DNA of 11,817 nucleotides. It comes from Fidelibacterota bacterium. GTDB lineage: Bacteria; Fidelibacterota; Fidelibacteria; Fidelibacterales; Fidelibacteraceae. How positions within the stretch are numbered: position 1 is the first letter of the stretch; every line of letters starts with the position of its first letter. Positions 1 to 7,640 of this stretch are shown piece after piece. A model generated the notes under the pieces. It searched no databases. It was given only the letters and a program-made list of their open reading frames with translations, and was not told where the DNA came from. A program made the position numbers and the translations under genes. The DNA lies in contig JAYEOX010000053.1 in assembly GCA_034723415.1 (NCBI GenBank), positions 6,193 to 18,009 on the forward strand, read 5' to 3'.

Positions 1-2
1 CC

Positions 3-1415
3 CTAATCCTCCAGAAATGCAATAAATCCATTATACATCATCCAATTATCCGCTTTACTTGTAATTTCAAATGGTGAGTGCATATCCAAAACAGGCACAC
101 CGGAATCAATAACATTCATTCCATAATAAGCCATAAATTTTGCTATAGTTCCGCCGCCGCCTTCATCGACTTTACCCAATTCTGAAATATGCCAAACGAT
201 ATTATTGTCATCAAAAATTCTTCTCAATTTTGCAACGAATTCTGCATTTGCTTCATTTGATCCGGCTTTTCCACGCACACCGGTAAATTTGCTAAGCACC
301 ATTCCTGCATTTAAATATGCGGCATTTTTCTTTTCGTGAACTTCTTTCCAATCAGGATGAGTTGCAGCATTTACATCAGAAGATAAACAATCAGCAGAAG
401 CCAAAACTTTCATCATTGTGTTATTATTTGTTATTCCCTGTTTTTCTAAAATCTCGCCAACGACCAATTCGAGAAATACAGAGTTTGAACCTGTTGCTCC
501 TTCACTTCCAATTTCCTCTTTATCCATCAATAAAACAAGAGCTGATTTATCAAGTTCTTTTGCCTCGACAATTGCTTTCATTGCACCAAAACTACAAACT
601 CTGTCGTCTTGTCCGTATCCGCCAATTAGTGATCTGTCAAAACCGATTTCACGCGCATTCCCGGCCGGAACAATTTCAATATCAGCAGAGACAAAATCCT
701 CCTCTTTTATTCCATATTTATCATTTAATATTTTAAGAATATTTAATTTGAATCGTTCTTTTATTTTTATATCATCGGAAAAAGGCATTGAGCCAATTAT
801 CAAATTAAGTTTTTCACCTGGGATAAAATCACTTGCTTTTTTATCCATTTGAGCTTTTTTTGCTAAATGAGGCAATAGATCCGAAATAGTAAAAACCGGA
901 TCTTTTTCATCTTCGCCAATTACAATATTCTTTATCTTATCATCAGGGAAAACAACAACACCATGCATTGCTAACGGACGAGACAGCCATTGATATTTTT
1001 TTATTCCGCCGTAATAGTGTGTTTTGAGCATCACGAGTTCTTCGTCTTCATATAGCGGATGTTGTTTCAAATCTAATCGCGGCGAATCCGCATGAGCAAC
1101 AATAATATTCAATCCTTCGCTTAAATCTTTTTTCCCTTTTCTGAATATTCCAAGTGCTTTTCCAAAATGATTATAAAATATCTTATCTGTTCCTTCTGTT
1201 TTATTAATATCTTTAAATCCATGTGGAATTAAGTAATCTATCGCATTACCAATCACTTCTCTTTCTGTTTTGGAATCACTTAAAAAATTCATGTATTCAC
1301 TTGAATACTTCTCTAATTTTTTTAAACTTTTCTCATCAATGCTATCCCAAGCATTTCTCCTTTTGAAAAATAAATCCTTTCTTAATTTTTCTACATCACT
1401 TTTTTTGTTAAACAT
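3..1415 (-). CDS. apeA: M18 family metallo-aminopeptidase (aminopeptidase 1 / aspartyl aminopeptidase-like), 470 aa
   Basis: M18 motifs AHADSPRLDLK, THYYGGIKKYQW, GQDDRVC, DKEEIGSEG, SSDV, GGGGTIA and MHSPFE. RBS AAGGAG at 1427-1422 upstream of the ATG. The apeA symbol is less certain than the family. Confidence 0.93.
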   Translation of the reverse strand: MFNKKSDVEKLRKDLFFKRRNAWDSIDEKSLKKLEKYSSEYMNFLSDSKTEREVIGNAIDYLIPHGFKDINKTEGTDKIFYNHFGKALGIFRKGKKDLSEGLNIIVAHADSPRLDLKQHPLYEDEELVMLKTHYYGGIKKYQWLSRPLAMHGVVVFPDDKIKNIVIGEDEKDPVFTISDLLPHLAKKAQMDKKASDFIPGEKLNLIIGSMPFSDDIKIKERFKLNILKILNDKYGIKEEDFVSADIEIVPAGNAREIGFDRSLIGGYGQDDRVCSFGAMKAIVEAKELDKSALVLLMDKEEIGSEGATGSNSVFLELVVGEILEKQGITNNNTMMKVLASADCLSSDVNAATHPDWKEVHEKKNAAYLNAGMVLSKFTGVRGKAGSNEANAEFVAKLRRIFDDNNIVWHISELGKVDEGGGGTIAKFMAYYGMNVIDSGVPVLDMHSPFEITSKADNWMMYNGFIAFLED

Positions 1416-1433
1416 TTACTTCTCCTTTTTTTA

Positions 1434-4400
1434 TTAAACTTCTGCTAATTTTTTATACCACCAATAACTGATCAAAGCAATTAAAACTATCCCAATCGAG
1501 CCGTCCAATATTGCTTGTGGAATTGGTGAAATAATAATATATTTTATTAAGTTCATTATTGAAAATGTTGCTATAGTGATCACGATCCAATTCAAATTTC
1601 GACGATAAAAAAGAATATAGAACATTAAGTAAACGGCACCTAAGATCAATCCGGCAATTATACTAAATAATATTGTAGTTGAAGTTGTGTTTCCAATTAA
1701 TAAATTAAAAGATATACCCAACAAAATTATTGTTACCGAAAATAAGTAAACAAATTTTTTATTTCTCCAATTATTTGATAATCTATTTATTGCAGCAAAT
1801 ATCAAGAGAGCAATTGTAGCACCCTTTATAAAACTCAATATTGCATCAACTGATACTCCCAAAAATGGCAAGTAATTATTGGCTGATGAATAATTCCCAA
1901 AGTGTGGAGATAGTGAAGGAGCAAAATTATTTATTAAAGCCATTATTCCCAATATCAACAATCCTAAAGAGACACCATTAATTATTCCATAATAGCTAAA
2001 TTTACTATTTGATCTTTGTATCAATTTTTGAATAAATCCTATCACTACCGGAAAAGCAAATGACATCGCTATTGCAGAAATTATTAATCCGATCACTACA
2101 ATTAAAATAACATTTTGAAATGGTTGACTTGTTGGAATACCTGCAATTACACTGTTCCAACCATTTATCTGTGAGAATATCACTAAACCAAATACTAACA
2201 ATAAAAATTGAATGAATATCTTTTTAGAAAACTCATTCCTTGACCAACTGATTATGCTGAATACAATACCTGCAATAAACATCAGTACTACAATGCCACG
2301 AAATATTCCATTGAAAATATCCATTTTTTTACTATTTTCCACATAATTTCTATTCCATTCTTCGGGAATATGTACCATTCCATAAAAATCAGAAACTTCA
2401 TCGCCGCAAATTGTAACACTTAATCTACCTTCACCTTTTTCTAAAGTATAATTCACAGTGTCGGCATAGACAAAATCCCAATCGGTTCTATTTTCAAGTT
2501 TTTTTGGTTTTGCAGAAACTTCTTTTAATTTTGCAGGATCTAAATTATAGAATTCTGCAATCTTTTTATCTGCTAATATTTTCGCTTGATCTTTTTCTAA
2601 ATTTTTACCTTCCCAAGATTCCGGTATTTTATGATTGTATCTCATAACTTTCCCATCTTCAGAAATAAAAACACAATATTCCTCAGCGCGATCAATAATA
2701 TCACCTTTAAATTTTGCAAATCTAATCTCCCAATGTGGCGGCAATAAAAACTTATTATGAAGTGAAGTAAATACAGAATCGTTACTTATTTGCCAAACGA
2801 ACTTATGATTTTTATCCACTTTATCATACACCATACTTTGTACATCCCAATCATCTGAAAGCTCACCAAAATTTTCTTCGATAACATTTTTTGCAAGTGT
2901 TTTGGCTTCATTACGAGTAATCGTTAAATCCGGTTCATTTGTATGAAATGATGAAAAATTTATCCAAAGAAATAAACCAATCAATCCGGCAATAAAAATC
3001 CAACGATATTTTTTTACATCATTTGTTTCAGGAATAATTTGTTCTTCTACTTCTGTTTTATCTATTTTCTTTATTTTTGGGGGTTTAGGCAAAACTGCTT
3101 TGTTGAAATATTTTTTCGGTACTTCAGACCAATTTTTATCTTTTATTCGTCGCCAAAGTACAATCCATAACGGAGTGAAAAATAATAAAATAACCATCAT
3201 TTGACTAAACCAAATACCAGATGCAGATGATACAAAAACAGGTAATGCAAACCAAATTACATCAATAGCAAAATGTAAAATAATTGCCGGCAACAGACCA
3301 AAATATATATAAAGTAAACCAACTCCAATGAACGGAATTATCATTTCAACAATTCTTGCATAAGCCGGTTGATTGGGATAACTTGCATGACCGGCACCGA
3401 AAATGATCACTTGAACAATTAATGCTAAAATTATCCAGAATTTTTTTCTGCCATATTTCTCTGCAATTAAAATAGCACCTGCCAACGGAATCGCTCTAAA
3501 AAGTGTCTCTTCAAAGAATCCTGCATGAAGTGATATAAAAATAGATGAAAACCATGGAAATACAGTTGCTAAAACATTTGGATCGAAAAGCGCTTCGGAC
3601 GGGCTCCACCAACCGAAATATTTATTTACAATAAAATAAAATAACACATCTAAAGCGAAAATTATCGGAACTAATAAGTAAGCGGCAATCGTTCGTCCTA
3701 AAACAGGAATAGAACTTCCAACATTCGGAGACCAAAGTTTCCATGTCTGAATTCTATTTGGAAATGCCTTTCGAGTTAATCCTTCAGCTGCCATAAATGT
3801 CAACAAATACATTCCTGTAAATATTACCAATAATCCTATTAAATGAAAAATATTTGAGAATATATACGTTTGAATCGAAGTTGAAGTATCGTAAAACATC
3901 CATTTTAATGGGAATTCATTTAATTGGACAAGAGTGAAAAGCACAGCAATAAAAATTGCCCAGAAAAGAGCCGGTTTAAAAATAATTCTGCGCTGACGCA
4001 TTAAAATAAACAATCCAAAAATAATACCAAAACCAACATATAAAATTACCATAGCAAAAATACCAACTTGAGATATTGTCTGATTTGCCGAACGCATTTC
4101 ATCATATCTTCTGTCAAAACCCTCAGGAATTTTTACAAAATGAGTTAATTCTGTTAATTTGTTCCCGCTGACAACTAATTTTAATCTATATTTCCCTTCT
4201 CCAATTTGTTTATCCTCTCGTTCAAATACAAATGCATGATCAATTCTTCCACCTGTCTGTTTTTTGTCCGATTCCTCTACTAACTTATAATGAGAAAAAT
4301 CTATTCTCCAGTCAGTTTCAGCTCTATCTTTTGCCAATTTTTTTGCTTTTTCAGAAGTTAGATTTGGTAAAACTTTATCTTCGGATAGTTTTTCTTTTAT

Positions 4401-4781
4401 TCCATAAGGAATACTTTCTGATGTAAATGTAAATAAAACCTCATTGATTTCTTGTTCTTTAAAATGACGCACTTTCCAAGTATATGGCGAATAAATTCCA
4501 CTTTTCAGAACTTCATTAAATGCCTCTTTACCGCCTGCTTCCAACTCAACGAAATTCTGAAATTTCCCATCTACTCCATAAGAAGCTGCTTGTCTATGTT
4601 CTTCAGGACCTACATTATATTTCTGAGATAATTCTTCTGCAGATTGCAACGCCTCTGCCCTATTCATCGTAATTTTTACATTTACGATTGGAAATGCCTT
4701 TGGAAAATATGTAAATGCAAAATATCCACATATTATTGATACAATAACAAACAATGTCCAAAACCCTGGTTTCCTAAACAT
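1434..4781 (-). CDS. Large polytopic membrane protein with CPBP (CAAX protease/Abi family) intramembrane glutamic endopeptidase domain, 1115 aa
   Basis: CPBP motifs EExxxR (E424-E425-TLF-R429), FxxxH (FGAGH465) and H503xxxD lie within hydrophobic segments. There are two large soluble domains (about aa 31-235 and 615-820). RBS AAGGAGG at 4794-4788. Confidence 0.88.
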   Translation of the reverse strand: MFRKPGFWTLFVIVSIICGYFAFTYFPKAFPIVNVKITMNRAEALQSAEELSQKYNVGPEEHRQAASYGVDGKFQNFVELEAGGKEAFNEVLKSGIYSPYTWKVRHFKEQEINEVLFTFTSESIPYGIKEKLSEDKVLPNLTSEKAKKLAKDRAETDWRIDFSHYKLVEESDKKQTGGRIDHAFVFEREDKQIGEGKYRLKLVVSGNKLTELTHFVKIPEGFDRRYDEMRSANQTISQVGIFAMVILYVGFGIIFGLFILMRQRRIIFKPALFWAIFIAVLFTLVQLNEFPLKWMFYDTSTSIQTYIFSNIFHLIGLLVIFTGMYLLTFMAAEGLTRKAFPNRIQTWKLWSPNVGSSIPVLGRTIAAYLLVPIIFALDVLFYFIVNKYFGWWSPSEALFDPNVLATVFPWFSSIFISLHAGFFEETLFRAIPLAGAILIAEKYGRKKFWIILALIVQVIIFGAGHASYPNQPAYARIVEMIIPFIGVGLLYIYFGLLPAIILHFAIDVIWFALPVFVSSASGIWFSQMMVILLFFTPLWIVLWRRIKDKNWSEVPKKYFNKAVLPKPPKIKKIDKTEVEEQIIPETNDVKKYRWIFIAGLIGLFLWINFSSFHTNEPDLTITRNEAKTLAKNVIEENFGELSDDWDVQSMVYDKVDKNHKFVWQISNDSVFTSLHNKFLLPPHWEIRFAKFKGDIIDRAEEYCVFISEDGKVMRYNHKIPESWEGKNLEKDQAKILADKKIAEFYNLDPAKLKEVSAKPKKLENRTDWDFVYADTVNYTLEKGEGRLSVTICGDEVSDFYGMVHIPEEWNRNYVENSKKMDIFNGIFRGIVVLMFIAGIVFSIISWSRNEFSKKIFIQFLLLVFGLVIFSQINGWNSVIAGIPTSQPFQNVILIVVIGLIISAIAMSFAFPVVIGFIQKLIQRSNSKFSYYGIINGVSLGLLILGIMALINNFAPSLSPHFGNYSSANNYLPFLGVSVDAILSFIKGATIALLIFAAINRLSNNWRNKKFVYLFSVTIILLGISFNLLIGNTTSTTILFSIIAGLILGAVYLMFYILFYRRNLNWIVITIATFSIMNLIKYIIISPIPQAILDGSIGIVLIALISYWWYKKLAEV

Positions 4782-4863
4782 TTTTCCCCTCCTTTTATTA
4801 TTTTCAATGTAACTTTAAATCGTAATAATATACGAAAATAAGAATTTAAATACAAAATTATTC

Positions 4864-4892
4864 TTGACATTTATCAAATAATTATTTAATCT
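4864..4892 (+). promoter_or_regulatory. Candidate sigma70-type promoter for the 4990 gene; the -35 overlaps an FNR-like inverted repeat
   Basis: Perfect TTGACA at 4864-4869, 17-nt spacer, TAATCT (TAnnnT) at 4887-4892. 4864-4877 reads TTGAC-ATTT-ATCAA. Confidence 0.5.
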
Positions 4893-4989
4893 TAAGATAT
4901 TGATGAGAGTAATAAGAAAAACTATCATTTATTTTTTAGAGTATTATAATTTCATGAAAAATTAATTGTAAAAGGAGATTAAGAATAAG

Positions 4990-5679
4990 ATGGAAAATAG
5001 TATCGTAGAGTATAGCTATATCATTCGATGGAAAGATAATTATAAAAAAATTATACTTAAGCTCACACCGGACAGAATGAATTTTGCGCCTGAAAATTTC
5101 GAGAATAATTTTCCTGAATGGGTTGAACTAAATTATCAAAAATGTGAAATTTGTCCGTTAACCGAAAAAGATTCCCATTATTGTCCAGCAGCCCAAAGCA
5201 TATTCAAATTAGTGAATGAATTTAAAAATGTTCCTTCAACCGAAAATGTAAAAATTGAAATTGACACACCGGAAAGAAAAATAATAAATAAAGTTACAGC
5301 TCAGGATGCCTTAAGTTCTCTAATGGGGCTTTGTTTTGGATTAAGTAAATGTCCGATACTTAAAAATTTTGCTCCGATGGCCAGATTCCATCTTCCGCTT
5401 GCCACTACCGAAGAAACAATATTCAGAACGGTAAGTAGTTATTTAATTAAACAGTATTTTATTAATAAAAAAGGCGGTACTCCCGACTGGGAATTAAAAG
5501 GATTGAAAAAATTTTATAGCCAAGTTGCCAAAGTTAATATACATTTAGCCGAACGGATAAGAGCAGGATCTAAAGAAGATGCCAGTGTGAATGCTGTAGT
5601 TATTCTTGATACTTATGCCAAAAACGTTGATTATTTATTTGAAAATTCTATAGAAACATTAGAAAAAATTTATAGTTGA
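4990..5679 (+). CDS. Uncharacterised Cys-rich protein, DUF6901-like, 229 aa
   Basis: Long ORF with RBS AAGGAG at 4972-4977. Segments CEICPL...YCPAA, TPER, ALSSLMGL, CP.L..F.PMARFHLPLAT.EETIFR and YL..QYF match my recollection of DUF6901 proteins; this needs HMM confirmation. Confidence 0.75.
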   Translation: MENSIVEYSYIIRWKDNYKKIILKLTPDRMNFAPENFENNFPEWVELNYQKCEICPLTEKDSHYCPAAQSIFKLVNEFKNVPSTENVKIEIDTPERKIINKVTAQDALSSLMGLCFGLSKCPILKNFAPMARFHLPLATTEETIFRTVSSYLIKQYFINKKGGTPDWELKGLKKFYSQVAKVNIHLAERIRAGSKEDASVNAVVILDTYAKNVDYLFENSIETLEKIYS

Positions 5680-5747
5680 AAAAAATCTCTAAATTTTCTC
5701 ATTAAATTTTGGACTAAAATAATATTTAATTTTTCAAATTACTCTTT

Positions 5748-6887
5748 TCAATACACCTCGATCTTCACTAATCTTCCATCCAATCCACCGTTTTTTAGTG
5801 GAATCTTTGCACTTGTTTTTAGACCTATGGATTTTATTAATTCTCTATTCCCGCAATAGATCCAAGCAGTTGTTCCTTTACATTTCTGTTTTAAAAAATC
5901 GCCGAAATCTTTATATAATTTTTCCATTTGAATTTTGTTTCCCATTCTAATTCCATAAGGTGGATTGCAAATTATTGTGCCATTTTCGATTCCGGAAAGA
6001 TCGTGAAAATCTGCTTGTTGAATTTTAATTTTTTCTCCTTGTGGAACACTTTTTAAGTTTATCTGAGTTGCCGAAACTGCTTTTTTATCAATATCACTTC
6101 CTGAAATAAGATCTTTTGGCAGATCGCGTTGTAATTTTTTTGCGTCATCTTTTATCTTCTGCCATTTTTTTTCATCAAAATCAGGTAAATTCTCAAATCC
6201 GAATTTCTTTCTCTTTAAAGTCGTCGGAATTTTTGTATATTCTAAAAGTGCTTCGGCAAGCAGTGTTCCGCTTCCACACATAGGATCTAATAGCGGTGTA
6301 GCCCCATCCCAACCCGATCGTTTAATAATTGTCGCTGCCAAAGTTTCCTGCATTGGTGCTTTTACACTTTGCAATCTGTAACCTCTTTTGTGAAGTGATC
6401 CGCCGGAAGTATCCAAACTTATTTGAGCTCTGTTTTTTGCAATATGCAGATTAATCCAAACATCGGGATTATCGGTATCAACACTTGGTCGTTTCCCGGT
6501 TTTCTCGCGAAAATAATCGGCAATTGTATCTTTCAATACAAGCGATGCGTATTGTGAATGTTTTATTTTACTATTGGAAACTGTTGAAAAAATCGCAAAT
6601 GTATCTTTTGGAGACAGCAGCTTTTCCCACTCTATTTTTGAAGCTGTTATCTGTAAATATTTTGTGCTATGGCAATCAAAGGAAAGTAACGGAGCCAAAA
6701 TTCGAGTTATAATTCTGCTATAATAATTAATTTTGTAAATTGTTTTTAGATCAGTTTTGAACCATGCTCCGTGATATATTTTTCTAATTCTATTAATTCC
6801 AAATTCTTTTAATTCGGCGACTCCCAGCTCCTCTGTCTCTTCTGCTATTTGAGCAAAATATCTACTTGTTTTTTGATATTCGAACAT
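5748..6887 (-). CDS. rlmL: THUMP-domain class I SAM-dependent RNA methyltransferase, RlmL/YpsC-like (putative 23S rRNA m2G2445), stand-alone form, 379 aa
   Basis: Motifs SLHKRGYR, APMQETLAA, DPMCGSGT (SAM binding) and NPPYG. No fused RlmK half. RBS AAGGA overlaps the stop codon of the upstream esterase. Confidence 0.88.
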   Translation of the reverse strand: MFEYQKTSRYFAQIAEETEELGVAELKEFGINRIRKIYHGAWFKTDLKTIYKINYYSRIITRILAPLLSFDCHSTKYLQITASKIEWEKLLSPKDTFAIFSTVSNSKIKHSQYASLVLKDTIADYFREKTGKRPSVDTDNPDVWINLHIAKNRAQISLDTSGGSLHKRGYRLQSVKAPMQETLAATIIKRSGWDGATPLLDPMCGSGTLLAEALLEYTKIPTTLKRKKFGFENLPDFDEKKWQKIKDDAKKLQRDLPKDLISGSDIDKKAVSATQINLKSVPQGEKIKIQQADFHDLSGIENGTIICNPPYGIRMGNKIQMEKLYKDFGDFLKQKCKGTTAWIYCGNRELIKSIGLKTSAKIPLKNGGLDGRLVKIEVY

Positions 6888-6894
6888 ATTTCCT

Positions 6895-7638
6895 TTAAAT
6901 ATGAAAATTTACAAATTCAATACTCTTCTTTGCTATTAATTCTTTGTCATAATCCAATGGTGCAACATGATAAGAATTTTCAAGCCAAATTAATTCCTTA
7001 TCTTCAGAACCGATATTTTCCATTGTGTAAGTAACACTCAATTTAGGAACTATATGATCTACTTTTGATTTAAACACAAGAACCGGTTGTGAAATATTCG
7101 GTAACATTTTCTGCATTTTTTTCAGCATTTTCAACATTTCATAAACTCCGTTTGTTGAAGTTCTGGAATACGCTATTTCTTTGGAATTTGGATCTTTAAT
7201 ATCGGAAGCAACAGCCGGAACAGATTTTATAATTTTTCTTATAATAGGAGCAAACCAAAATTTTGGACCTGTAAATTTCGCAGCATGATTTATCAAAATT
7301 AAACCATTCAATTCCGGATGTTTACCAGCCATAAATAGAGCTAATCCTCCTCCAAGAGATAATCCACATAAAAATATTTTAGAACTTCTTTTTTGTAATT
7401 TTGTTAATGCTTCTTCTAAATCATCAATCCAATCTGTGTATTTTATAGAATTCATATCCTGCCATTTTGTGCCATGTCCCGCCAGTCCCGGTAATTCAAC
7501 ATTATAACCTTCATCGGCAAATTTTGAAGCGAGATATTGCATTGAAGATGTTGTTGATGTGATCCCGTGAATTACAAGAACTCCAATATCACTTTCTGTA
7601 ATATGTGAAAATGGTTTATGATACTTTGAAAGATCCAT
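6895..7638 (-). CDS. Alpha/beta-hydrolase carboxylesterase, monoacylglycerol lipase-like, 247 aa
   Basis: Oxyanion HG(ITS), GHGT, nucleophile GLSLGG, acid in DHIVP and His in NSYHVAPLDYD. Closely resembles, from memory, the Bacillus sp. H-257 monoacylglycerol lipase, including the SDIKDP..KEIAY cap segment. Start moved from TTG 7653 to ATG 7638 because GGGAGGA lies just upstream of that ATG. Confidence 0.88.
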   Translation of the reverse strand: MDLSKYHKPFSHITESDIGVLVIHGITSTTSSMQYLASKFADEGYNVELPGLAGHGTKWQDMNSIKYTDWIDDLEEALTKLQKRSSKIFLCGLSLGGGLALFMAGKHPELNGLILINHAAKFTGPKFWFAPIIRKIIKSVPAVASDIKDPNSKEIAYSRTSTNGVYEMLKMLKKMQKMLPNISQPVLVFKSKVDHIVPKLSVTYTMENIGSEDKELIWLENSYHVAPLDYDKELIAKKSIEFVNFHI

Positions 7639-7640
7639 AA

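Noticed and set aside
317..852. ORFs 317..736 and 418..852 (+)
   Set aside because: Antisense shadows of the M18 aminopeptidase gene with no recognisable motifs.
4232..4426. 64-aa ORF (+)
   Set aside because: Antisense to the CPBP gene with no supporting signal.
1434..4781. Reading the Abi/CAAX domain as an abortive-infection phage defence system
   Set aside because: The Abi label on CPBP proteins is historical and does not imply defence. No defence or mobile genes are nearby.
5680..5747. Expected bidirectional terminator between convergent genes
   Set aside because: Only weak A/T-rich pairings and no GC-rich stem, so not called.
6485..7034. ORFs 6485..6712 and 6849..7034 (+)
   Set aside because: Antisense to the methyltransferase and esterase genes.
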